The position numbers were made by a program, and so were the translations under genes. A stretch of DNA of 40,573 nt from Clostridia bacterium (lineage in GTDB: Bacteria; Bacillota; Peptococcia; Peptococcales; SKKY01): assembly GCA_007123515.1 (NCBI GenBank), contig SKKY01000018.1, positions 1 to 40,573 on the forward strand, in the 5' to 3' direction. A model generated the notes under the pieces. That model was not told the DNA's origin, searched no databases, and was given only the letters and a program-made list of their open reading frames with translations. How positions within the stretch are numbered: the first letter of the stretch is position 1; each line of letters opens with the position of its first letter. Positions 16,067 to 27,266 of this stretch are shown here, piece by piece.

Positions 16067-16112
16067 GTTGGGGACGTGTACCTTTGGTATACCAAAGGTA
16101 CACGTCCCCAAC
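16067..16112. repeat. perfect 46-nt palindrome (23+23, no spacer)
   Basis: gttggggacgtgtacctttggta / taccaaaggtacacgtccccaac. Lies between the hppA terminator and the thioesterase gene start. Confidence 0.9.
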
Positions 16113-16116
16113 AAAT

Positions 16117-16153
16117 GCAAAAAGTCCGCCGGGCTAAAAAGCCTGGCGGACTT
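16117..16153 (-). terminator. rho-independent terminator of the secG-hppA unit
   Basis: On the minus strand: AAGUCCGCCAGGC-UUUUUA-GCCCGGCGGACUU followed by UUUUUG. Confidence 0.7.
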
Positions 16154-16163
16154 GCTATTTTGA

Positions 16164-18167
16164 TTACATAAATAATGGTGCGAATACTAGGGATACGATG
16201 GTCATTAACTTGATTAGAATGTTAATTGATGGACCCGATGTATCTTTAAACGGATCTCCAACCGTATCTCCGTTAACGGCTGCTGCGTGTGCTTCTGATC
16301 CTTTACCACCGAAATGGCCTTGCTCAATATATTTCTTGGCATTATCCCATGCGCCACCGGCATTAGCCATCATGATCGCTAATAAGAAACCTGATACTAA
16401 TGCTCCGGCTAACATGCCACCAAGAGCTTCTTTACCAAGGAACGGAAGCATTCCAACCAGTACTGGAACACCAACGGCTAAAAGTCCAGGAACAACCATT
16501 TCTCTTAGTGCTGCTGTTGTACTAATGTCTACACATCTTGCATAGTCAGGCTTAGTCGTACCTTCCATAATACCCGGCATTTCTTTAAACTGTCTGCGAA
16601 CTTCTTCAATCATATCAAAAGCTGCATTTCCTACCGCTCTCATCGTAATTGAGGAGAATAGGTAAGGAAGCATACCACCAATAAATAATCCGGCGATAAC
16701 TTTAGGATTCATAATATCAATAACTGTAATTCCTGCAGCTGTTGTATAGGCGCTAAATAAGGCAAGAGCTGTTAACGCTGCTGAACCAATCGCAAATCCT
16801 TTACCAATCGCTGCTGTTGTGTTACCAACTGAATCCAAAGCGTCTGTGATTTCTCTTACTTTTGGATCTAACTCAGCCATTTCGGCAATACCCCCGGCAT
16901 TATCAGCAACCGGTCCGTAAGCATCAACGGCAACAATCATACCTGTTACAGATAACATACCCACCGCTGCTAAAGCGATACCATATAATCCTGCGAAATT
17001 AAAGGCTACGATAATACCTGTAACAATAACAAGAGCTGGCAATACAGTACTCATCATACCAACACTCATACCTTCAATAATGTTTGTAGCGGTACCTGTT
17101 TGAGAAGCTTTTGCAATCCCTTTAACAGGGCTATAAGCATCTGATGTGAAGTACTCAGTAATTTTACCAATCAGGAAGCCTGCTAATAAACCGGCTACTG
17201 TTGCGATAAATACACCAAGTCCTGTTACCTCTCCAACAGCTGGAAGCATTCTTGTCGCTAAGACATAAATAGCTGCAAGGCTAAGACCCATGGCGATAAA
17301 CTCTCCCATGTTTAAAGCTTTTGAAGCGCTTTCGCCTTCTTTAACTTTAACAAAGAATGTTCCGATAATTGATGCAACAATACCCGCTGCAGCGATATAG
17401 AAAGGAAGGAAAACCGCACCAATCGGCAAGTTTAAGGCAACTGCCAGCGCTACCGCTGCAATAATCGAACCGACATAAGATTCGAAAAGGTCAGCACCCA
17501 TACCCGCTACGTCACCAACGTTGTCACCAACGTTATCGGCAATCGTTGCCGGGTTTCTTGGATCATCTTCCGGGATACCGGCTTCTACTTTACCAACTAA
17601 GTCAGCACCAACATCGGCAGCTTTGGTATAAATACCACCACCAACACGGCTAAATAAAGCGATCAAACTTGCACCCAGTGCAAAGCCGTTGATCACAGAT
17701 GTATCATCAAATAAAAATGTAACAATACCTAAACCAAATAGACCTAAACCAACGACCGTCATACCCATAACGGCTCCACCTGAAAAAGCTACATCAAGAG
17801 CTGCATTTGAGCTCGTTTGTGCCGCATTGGCTGTTCTTACGTTCGCTTTTACTGCAATTGTCATACCGATAATTCCGGCAAGTGACGAACAAATCGCACC
17901 GATAACAAAAGCAACTGATGTCGCTGGTGCTAATCCGCCTTCTGTCATTGTACCTACGGCAAATATAATAACCGCAAGTCCTACAACGAACATGGCCAGC
18001 GTCTTGTACTGTCTTGTTAAGTATGCTTTAGACCCCTCAGAAATTGCTTCAGCAATTTCTATCATTCTTGGTGTTCCTGGTTCTACTTTCATTACTTTCT
18101 GGCTCAGATAAAAAGCAAAAGCCAAGGCCAATATTCCTGCTAGAGGAACATAAATTGAAAAATACAT
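16164..18167 (-). CDS. hppA: membrane-integral, K+-dependent, probably Na+-translocating pyrophosphatase
   Basis: 667 aa, polytopic. [37 protein letters not shown] (nt 16797-16826), DLFESY (nt 17475-17492), DTVGDPFKD. Confidence 0.95.
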   Translation of the reverse strand: MYFSIYVPLAGILALAFAFYLSQKVMKVEPGTPRMIEIAEAISEGSKAYLTRQYKTLAMFVVGLAVIIFAVGTMTEGGLAPATSVAFVIGAICSSLAGIIGMTIAVKANVRTANAAQTSSNAALDVAFSGGAVMGMTVVGLGLFGLGIVTFLFDDTSVINGFALGASLIALFSRVGGGIYTKAADVGADLVGKVEAGIPEDDPRNPATIADNVGDNVGDVAGMGADLFESYVGSIIAAVALAVALNLPIGAVFLPFYIAAAGIVASIIGTFFVKVKEGESASKALNMGEFIAMGLSLAAIYVLATRMLPAVGEVTGLGVFIATVAGLLAGFLIGKITEYFTSDAYSPVKGIAKASQTGTATNIIEGMSVGMMSTVLPALVIVTGIIVAFNFAGLYGIALAAVGMLSVTGMIVAVDAYGPVADNAGGIAEMAELDPKVREITDALDSVGNTTAAIGKGFAIGSAALTALALFSAYTTAAGITVIDIMNPKVIAGLFIGGMLPYLFSSITMRAVGNAAFDMIEEVRRQFKEMPGIMEGTTKPDYARCVDISTTAALREMVVPGLLAVGVPVLVGMLPFLGKEALGGMLAGALVSGFLLAIMMANAGGAWDNAKKYIEQGHFGGKGSEAHAAAVNGDTVGDPFKDTSGPSINILIKLMTIVSLVFAPLFM

Positions 18168-18211
18168 CTACTGCATATCCTCCTTATAATTTTTTTATAT
18201 TTTTTTATTTT

Positions 18212-18433
18212 TTAAACTAATGAAGATAATAGTGTTACTAGCATAAACATAACAGCAAAAATTGTTGATAATTTACTAAACAATGCATCCATACCTTTTT
18301 TCTTTCCGAAAACTGTCTCTGCGCCTCCGGCAATTGCTCCTGACATTCCAGCACTCTTTCCTGATTGTAGCAATACCGTAGCAATCAACCCAACGGAAGC
18401 TATAATTTGTAAACCTATTAATACGACAGACAT
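18212..18433 (-). CDS. secG: preprotein translocase subunit SecG
   Basis: Two TM helices flank LLQSGKSAGMSGAIAGG. I prefer the ATG at 18431-18433 (MSVVLIG...) after AAAGGGGTGG. The track start is 18454. Confidence 0.85.
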   Translation of the reverse strand: MSVVLIGLQIIASVGLIATVLLQSGKSAGMSGAIAGGAETVFGKKKGMDALFSKLSTIFAVMFMLVTLLSSLV

Positions 18434-18458
18434 CTGTTCCACCCCTTTTTCCATGTGT

Positions 18459-18498
18459 TTATAAAAGAGCTTAAAAATTTTATAATTTTTAAGCTCTT
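18459..18498 (-). terminator. rho-independent terminator after eno
   Basis: Perfect 15-bp stem (18465-18479 / 18484-18498) with a 4-nt loop. Followed on the minus strand by UUUUAU. Confidence 0.75.
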
Positions 18499-18529
18499 AC
18501 ATTTTACTCTATTAAGTGAATGTATTTAA

Positions 18530-19834
<1,305 letters not shown>

Positions 19835-21361
19835 TTATTTAATAATCAGATTTTTACCTGTCATCTCTTCCGGTTTTTCCAATTCAAGCAACGAAAGAAT
19901 CGTCGGTGCAATATCAGAGAGTTTTCCATCTTGGTGCAGCGTCTCTGCGCCTGCATTTGCTGCAATAAAGGGAACCGGGAAAGTGGTATGAGCCGTTAAT
20001 GGCTTTTTGTCTTCTTCATCCAGCATTAGTTCCGCATTCCCATGATCGGATGTCACTAATAAGGCGTAATCTTTTTTCAACGCAGCCTTGTAGATTCTGC
20101 CAAGACATTCATCAACGGTTTCAATCGCTTTAATCGCTGCCGGGATGACTCCAGTATGACCCACCATATCCGGATTAGCAAAATTAACTAAAATAAATGA
20201 ATGCTTGTCCGAATGAATCGCCCTTATAAGCTTCTCACAGACTTCCTGAGCGCTCATGTCCGGCTTTAGGTCATAAGTTGCCACTTTTGGTGACGGAACC
20301 AGCACCCTGTCCTCTAAAGGATTCGGCTTTTCCACACCTCCGTTAAAGAAAAAGGTAACATGTGCATATTTTTCCGTTTCAGCCATCCGCAACTGGGATA
20401 TCCGCTGCTTGGCCAGATATTCACCAAGCGTATTATTCATACTGACCGGTTTGAAAGCGATCGGGGCTTTTAGGGTCACATCATATTCTGTAAGACACAA
20501 AAAATTAACCAATAAAGCTTCCGTATGAAGATTCGGAAAGTCTTTTTCTAAAAGAACCCTTGTCAGCTGACGAACTCTGTCTGAGCGGAAGTTAAAGCAA
20601 AACACTCCGTCACCATCGCGAATCGGTACGAAATTTGAGGTATCACTATCAATAATCGTCGGCATCACAAATTCGTCATCTTCCCCGCGCTCATAAGCCT
20701 TTTCAAGCGCCTCTAAAGAAGAGGACGCTTTATAGCCAGCGCCCCTGACCAGCCCATCATAGGCCATTTGCAGGCGTTTCCAGCGCTGATCCCGATCCAT
20801 CGGATAATACCGCCCCATCACCGAGGCAATCGGACGATATCCCAAAGCCTGTAACTTGTCTTCCAGCATAACCAGGTACTTCTTTGCAGATCTCGGCGGA
20901 ACATCGCGACCATCTAAAAAGGCATGAACCGCTACTTTTTTTACGCCTGAGCGCTTTGCAAAATCAAGAAATCCATGAAGCTGATCCTGGTGACTGTGTA
21001 CACCCCCGTCGGATACAAGCCCGATAAAATGAAGCGTTTTATTATTTGCCTTTACGTACTCAAATAGATTTATAAATTCCTCAATGGTCTCGATGTCACC
21101 AGTTTCAATGCTTTTATTGATTCTGACGATTTCCTGATAGACCACCCGGCCGGCGCCAATATTTAAATGCCCGACCTCAGAATTGCCCATTTGACCATCC
21201 GGAAGCCCCACATCTTCACCGGAAGCGGAAAGCTTGGTGTGTGGATACGTATTCCAGAGTGTATCAAAATTTGTTTTTTTTGCAGCCGCAACCGCATTCC
21301 CCGCGGTTTCTTTTCTGCAGCCAAAACCATCAAGAATGGTCAGAATCACTTTTTTCATCAT
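19835..21361 (-). CDS. gpmI: 2,3-bisphosphoglycerate-independent phosphoglycerate mutase
   Basis: 508 aa. ILDGFG, MGNSEVGHLNIGAGR, SDGGVHSH, TSDHGNAE. Confidence 0.95.
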   Translation of the reverse strand: MMKKVILTILDGFGCRKETAGNAVAAAKKTNFDTLWNTYPHTKLSASGEDVGLPDGQMGNSEVGHLNIGAGRVVYQEIVRINKSIETGDIETIEEFINLFEYVKANNKTLHFIGLVSDGGVHSHQDQLHGFLDFAKRSGVKKVAVHAFLDGRDVPPRSAKKYLVMLEDKLQALGYRPIASVMGRYYPMDRDQRWKRLQMAYDGLVRGAGYKASSSLEALEKAYERGEDDEFVMPTIIDSDTSNFVPIRDGDGVFCFNFRSDRVRQLTRVLLEKDFPNLHTEALLVNFLCLTEYDVTLKAPIAFKPVSMNNTLGEYLAKQRISQLRMAETEKYAHVTFFFNGGVEKPNPLEDRVLVPSPKVATYDLKPDMSAQEVCEKLIRAIHSDKHSFILVNFANPDMVGHTGVIPAAIKAIETVDECLGRIYKAALKKDYALLVTSDHGNAELMLDEEDKKPLTAHTTFPVPFIAANAGAETLHQDGKLSDIAPTILSLLELEKPEEMTGKNLIIK

Positions 21362-21363
21362 TA

Positions 21364-23313
21364 CTACTCCTCTTTACGATTCACTAATGCCAGAAAGTCC
21401 TCTGGTATAAGGCTTGCGCCGCCTACCAGAGCTCCATCAATATTCGGCATGCTCATTAGTTCTCTTATATTACCCGGCTTTACACTTCCGCCGTACTGAA
21501 TACGGATTTTATCAGACAGTCTTGTCGAATAGGTCTCTTTAAACCATTGTCTGATAAACGCAATCGTTTCATCAGCCATTTCTTTCGTAGCCGTCTTGCC
21601 GGTTCCTATGGCCCAGACAGGCTCATAGGCAATAATGACTTTTTCAGCATCCTGTTCCGAAACATTCACAAAAGCGGAGGCCAGCTGATCCATTAAGACA
21701 GCTTTTGTATGATTGGCTTCTCTTTGTTCATCTGATTCACCTACACAGAATATCGGCGTCACTTTTGAATCAATCGCTTTCTCAAGCTTTTTTCTCAGCA
21801 GCTCATTATCTTCCAGGAAAAGGCTTCTTCTCTCAGAATGTCCGATCAGAATGTAGTCAATATGATAATCGCTAAGCATCTCCAAAGACACTTCACCGGT
21901 ATAGGCTCCTTCTTTAGTATAGTAGAAATTCTGCGCTCCAATTTTAATTCCTTTTTCTTTCATCCTGTCGGCTACCTGCAAAGATGTAAAAGGTACACAG
22001 AACCCAACCTCTGTATCATTTTGTTGATACTCATCAAGAAATTTTTCTAAAAAATTTCTTGTTTCAGCATGATTCATATGCATTTTCCAGTTTCCAACGA
22101 TTACTGGTTTGCGTTTTTTCTCTATTTCTTTGTCAATCAAAGCTTCAATACCGGGAAGCCTTTTCCCTTCAAGAAACTCAAGAGAAGCCCCACCGCCGGT
22201 TGAAATATGGTTAATCTTATAGGACAGTCCGACTTTTTTAAGCGCTGCCATCGAATCTCCACCACCGACGATCGAAAAGGCTTCGCCATTTGCGACAGCT
22301 TTAGCCACGCCTTCGGTACCTTTGCTGAAATCATCGACTTCAAAAACACCCATCGGTCCGTTCCAGACAATCGTTTTTGCTGTTTTTATTTCTTTTTCGT
22401 AAAGCTTAACGGTTTCAGGACCAATATCAAGGATCATTTTATCCTGATTAATGTTATCCATACTACTGCAATACTCGACAGTATCCTTTTCTCTTGGGAG
22501 AGTGGCAATCATACAGTCCACCGGCAACAGAATTTTCACCTTCAGCCGTTTTGCTTCCTCAAGAATATTATTAGCCACATCCAGCTTATCCGGTTCTACT
22601 AGGGATTTTCCAACCTTGTAGCCCTGAGCCATCAGAAAAGTGTTGGCCATCCCTCCGCCAATCAGAACGGAATCGACCTTGTTTAAAAGGTTCTCGATAA
22701 TACCAATTTTATCGGTAATCTTGGCACCACCAATGATCACCACAAAAGGTTTCTCCGGATTTTCAATTGCCCGGCTTAAGTGAGCCAGTTCTTTCTCCAT
22801 TAGCAGACCGGCAACACCGGGAATATATTTCGAAACGCCTTCTGTGGAAGCATGAGCACGATGTGCCGCTCCAAAAGCATCATTTACAAAAACATCAGCT
22901 AGCGAGGCCAGCTCTTTGGCAAAGTGATCATCATTGTCTGTCTCACGTATGTCCATTCTGATGTTTTCAAGCAGAATAATTTCCTTATCCTTCATGTTGG
23001 CAACGGCTCTTTTTACATAATCATCTAGCACAACGTCCATTTTTTTAACATCGCGGCCTAAAATCTCACTAAGACGTCTGGCTACCGGGTCAAGGCGCAA
23101 TCCTTCTGTGTATTCTCCATCAGGTCTTCCCATATGAGAAGCAATGATGACTTTGGCTCCATTATCCACCAGGTAGTTAATAGTCGGAAGGGAGGCTATG
23201 ATCCTTGAGTCATCAGTAATATGACCTTCTTTATCTAAAGGCACATTAAAATCAACCCGTAAAAAAACCTTCTTCCCCGCTAAATCTATATCTCTAATCG
23301 TTTGTTTTTTCAT
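21364..23313 (-). CDS. pgk-tpi: bifunctional phosphoglycerate kinase / triosephosphate isomerase fusion protein
   Basis: Single uninterrupted 649-codon ORF. PGK part: [36 protein letters not shown]. An ~10-aa linker follows, then the TIM part: [32 protein letters not shown]. Confidence 0.9.
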   Translation of the reverse strand: MKKQTIRDIDLAGKKVFLRVDFNVPLDKEGHITDDSRIIASLPTINYLVDNGAKVIIASHMGRPDGEYTEGLRLDPVARRLSEILGRDVKKMDVVLDDYVKRAVANMKDKEIILLENIRMDIRETDNDDHFAKELASLADVFVNDAFGAAHRAHASTEGVSKYIPGVAGLLMEKELAHLSRAIENPEKPFVVIIGGAKITDKIGIIENLLNKVDSVLIGGGMANTFLMAQGYKVGKSLVEPDKLDVANNILEEAKRLKVKILLPVDCMIATLPREKDTVEYCSSMDNINQDKMILDIGPETVKLYEKEIKTAKTIVWNGPMGVFEVDDFSKGTEGVAKAVANGEAFSIVGGGDSMAALKKVGLSYKINHISTGGGASLEFLEGKRLPGIEALIDKEIEKKRKPVIVGNWKMHMNHAETRNFLEKFLDEYQQNDTEVGFCVPFTSLQVADRMKEKGIKIGAQNFYYTKEGAYTGEVSLEMLSDYHIDYILIGHSERRSLFLEDNELLRKKLEKAIDSKVTPIFCVGESDEQREANHTKAVLMDQLASAFVNVSEQDAEKVIIAYEPVWAIGTGKTATKEMADETIAFIRQWFKETYSTRLSDKIRIQYGGSVKPGNIRELMSMPNIDGALVGGASLIPEDFLALVNRKEE

Positions 23314-23338
23314 CAGATCCCTCTTTTATCCTTTTTGT

Positions 23339-24415
<1,077 letters not shown>

Positions 24416-24424
24416 TTATTCTGA

Positions 24425-24595
24425 TTATGCCTGTGAAATTGCAGCTACCGGACAGATCGCTTCACATGCTCCACAATCGATACAAGTCTCCGGATTGATT
24501 ACATAAATAGTGTCTCCTTCAGAAATTGCATCTACTGGGCACTCACCAACACAAGCTCCACATTTAATACAGTTATCATCAATAATGTAAGCCAC
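24425..24595 (-). CDS. fdx: 2x[4Fe-4S] clostridial-type ferredoxin (56 aa, below the ORF-track cutoff)
   Basis: GTG start at 24593-24595, 6 nt after GAGGAGGTG. Translation MAYIIDDNCIKCGACVGECPVDAISEGDTIYVINPETCIDCGACEAICPVAAISQA has two CxxCxxCxxxCP motifs. Stop TAA at 24425-24427. Confidence 0.85.
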   Translation of the reverse strand: MAYIIDDNCIKCGACVGECPVDAISEGDTIYVINPETCIDCGACEAICPVAAISQA

Positions 24596-24627
24596 GACTT
24601 TCACCTCCTCTTTTTCTACCTGTTATC

Positions 24628-25566
24628 TTACTTTTTTCTGTACGTTTTCGCAATAGTTTCTAGCTTTCTCAGGCGATGGCTTACCCCGGATTTTCCAACC
24701 TGGGGGTTTAGCATTTCTCCTAATTCCTTGATGCTGATATCGGGGTTTTCAATTCTTAACCGGGCTACATCTCTGAGGTTATCCGGAAGATTATCAATCC
24801 CGATGTGCCTATCAATAATTTCTATATTATGAATCTGCCGGAAAGCAGCATCAATACTTTTATTTAGGTTAGCCGTCTCACAGTTTACAAGACGATTCAC
24901 CTGATTCCTCATTCCTTTTTGAATCCTGGTGTTTTCGTAAGAAAACAACGCATTATGTGCTTCTATAATACTAAGAAAGGTAACAATCTGCTCGCTTTCT
25001 TTCAGATAGACAATATAGTAATTTTTTCTAAGACTTATTTTAGGCTTAAGCTCAAATGTCTCAAGCAGATCTACCACAATTTTAGCCAGTTCTTCGTTTT
25101 CAAAAATGATTTCTAAGTGATATCCATAATCAGGGTCCGTTACAGATCCGGATCCGAGAAACAACCCGCGGATAAAGGCTCTTTTACAGCAAACATTATT
25201 TAGGATTTCATCGCTGACTCCTGCGTGCAGGAAGAAACCGTCATCACTGATGCCCAGATCGATCAATATCATTCTTACACTTTTTTCATCTGTAATTTTT
25301 ACCCGATAACTGTTGTTTTTTTTCAGGCGATTTTTTCTCAAAACCTGAATTTCTGTCTCAATACCATAGGCACCTTTGGCCAATGTCAGAAATTTTCTGG
25401 CAACGGCCGCATTTTCTGTTTTCATTTCCAGGTGCAACTGCATTGAAGCTCCGATCATAATCGCTCCGCCAACACGGATTAGCCCGGATAGCTCAGATTT
25501 TTTGCAATGATCTTTTTCGGGAATGATTCGGGCAATTTCTGTTTTTATAGCTGATGAAAACGACAT
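24628..25566 (-). CDS. whiA: DNA-binding protein WhiA
   Basis: 312 aa. N-terminus MSFSSAIKTEI, degenerate LAGLIDADG-like middle domain, C-terminal HTH (ISIKELGEMLNPQVGKSGVSHRLRKL). Confidence 0.9.
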   Translation of the reverse strand: MSFSSAIKTEIARIIPEKDHCKKSELSGLIRVGGAIMIGASMQLHLEMKTENAAVARKFLTLAKGAYGIETEIQVLRKNRLKKNNSYRVKITDEKSVRMILIDLGISDDGFFLHAGVSDEILNNVCCKRAFIRGLFLGSGSVTDPDYGYHLEIIFENEELAKIVVDLLETFELKPKISLRKNYYIVYLKESEQIVTFLSIIEAHNALFSYENTRIQKGMRNQVNRLVNCETANLNKSIDAAFRQIHNIEIIDRHIGIDNLPDNLRDVARLRIENPDISIKELGEMLNPQVGKSGVSHRLRKLETIAKTYRKK

Positions 25567-25578
25567 CTATACATCCCA

Positions 25579-26442
25579 TCACTTTCTTAAAATATCACGG
25601 TGTCTTTTCTCTACATGGTATTGCTGTTCTGACACCAGTGTGCTGAAATGATTGACCAGGGTCACCGATCTGTGCTTGCCTCCGGTGCAACCTATGCCAA
25701 CTACCAGGTTTGACTTTCCTTCTTTTCTATACCTTGGTAAAAGAAACCCCAGCAGATCAAAATACTTTTCAATAAAATCCTGTGTATCTTCCTGAGAAAA
25801 CACATAATCCTGCACCTCTTTGTCCTCTCCGGTTTTATCTTTCAGTTCCGGGATATAAAATGGGTTTGGCAAAAAGCGAACATCGATTAATAAGTCGGCA
25901 TCAATCGGCACCCCATACTTATACCCAAAAGAAACAAATGATACACGGAATGTTGACAGGTGAGCATTACCCCATAAGTCTCTGATTCTTTCTCGCAGCT
26001 GTGCCGAAGACAAATCCGTTGTGTCAATAATCAGATCCGCCTTACCACGGATGTTTTCAAGACTCTTTCTTTCTTCGGCAATGCCCTCGATGATGCCTTC
26101 GGAATAATCCATCATCGGATGCCGGCGGCGGGTTTCTTTGAATCTATCGATGATCACTTCTGTGGAGGCTTCCAGAAAGATAATCTGAATGTTGTTGTTT
26201 CCTTTTTTAAAGTTATCAATGTAGTCAAGAAAATCATTAAAATATCTACCTGAGCGAACATCAACCACCAGCGCTACTTTTCGCTCCGGCTCTTCTGATC
26301 TCTGAATCAGCTCGAAAAATTTAATAAACAGACCCGGCGGGAGATTATCCACACAAAAATATTTCATATCCTCAAGCACTTGTATCACCGTTGATTTTCC
26401 GGCTCCGGACATTCCTGTTACCACAAGCAGTTCCAAAGTCAT
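25579..26442 (-). CDS. rapZ: RNase adapter protein RapZ (YvcJ family P-loop NTPase)
   Basis: LLVVTGMSGAGKST Walker A close to the N-terminus when started at ATG 26440-26442. C-terminal IGCTGGKHRSV motif. The track's TTG start at 26496 overlaps the upstream gene. Confidence 0.9.
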   Translation of the reverse strand: MTLELLVVTGMSGAGKSTVIQVLEDMKYFCVDNLPPGLFIKFFELIQRSEEPERKVALVVDVRSGRYFNDFLDYIDNFKKGNNNIQIIFLEASTEVIIDRFKETRRRHPMMDYSEGIIEGIAEERKSLENIRGKADLIIDTTDLSSAQLRERIRDLWGNAHLSTFRVSFVSFGYKYGVPIDADLLIDVRFLPNPFYIPELKDKTGEDKEVQDYVFSQEDTQDFIEKYFDLLGFLLPRYRKEGKSNLVVGIGCTGGKHRSVTLVNHFSTLVSEQQYHVEKRHRDILRK

Positions 26443-26473
26443 CACCCCTTTCTTTTCATTCCTAATAGCCCTT

Positions 26474-27262
26474 TTAGGAAAGTATATATTTTTCAAGCGC
26501 TTTTGCTACGCCATCCTGATCATTTGTGTCTGTAACGTATGATGCAATCTCTTTTAGCAGCTGCTGGGCATTTCCCATAGCTACCCCTATACCTGCGTAT
26601 TCAAGCATGTCATAATCATTCATCCCATCACCAATAGCCATAATTTCTTCCGGCTTGATTTGTAAGGTTTTGGCAACCGCATCTAAAGCCAGACTTTTTT
26701 TAGAATGAACGTTGCCAAACTCCAGGAAGTAATCTTTTGACTTGGTAATGGTCAGCTCTTTTCCAAACACCTGAAGAGCCTCTGTCTGTACTTCATCAAG
26801 AACACGGGCATCACCGGCCATCAGAATTTTTGTAGGCGGCGTAAACATTCCGTCCGGGAAAGTGGTTATCTGGTGCTTAACCTTTGACAGGTGAACATAG
26901 CGGCTTCCAAACTCATCCATTTTCTCCATATACAACTCATCAGCCATATAGACATTAACCTGCATTTTGTAATGTTTTAAGAAGTCAATAACATGTAATG
27001 CCATCTCTTTTTCAATCACATGATGCAGGATTTCCTGGTCATCAAGTGTCTTAACCAGGGCACCCTGATACGTGATAATCGGCAGCGTCAGTGAAAGATC
27101 ACGGGCAAAAGGGGTTGCCGCTCTAAACATTCTTCCGGTAGCCACGGTCACATGAACGCCTTTTTCAACACAGGCCCGAATGGCCTTTTTATTTCTTTCT
27201 GAAATTTTTATATCACTGTTTAACAGTGTATCGTCTAAATCTAACGCAACCATCTTAATCAT
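26474..27262 (-). CDS. Cof-type HAD-IIB family hydrolase (sugar-phosphate phosphatase-like)
   Basis: ALDLDDTLL (motif I), VATGR, GDGMNDYDML (motif IV). Start choice is ATG 27260-27262. The track start 27286 overlaps the end of uvrC. Confidence 0.8.
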   Translation of the reverse strand: MIKMVALDLDDTLLNSDIKISERNKKAIRACVEKGVHVTVATGRMFRAATPFARDLSLTLPIITYQGALVKTLDDQEILHHVIEKEMALHVIDFLKHYKMQVNVYMADELYMEKMDEFGSRYVHLSKVKHQITTFPDGMFTPPTKILMAGDARVLDEVQTEALQVFGKELTITKSKDYFLEFGNVHSKKSLALDAVAKTLQIKPEEIMAIGDGMNDYDMLEYAGIGVAMGNAQQLLKEIASYVTDTNDQDGVAKALEKYILS

Positions 27263-27266
27263 ATTT

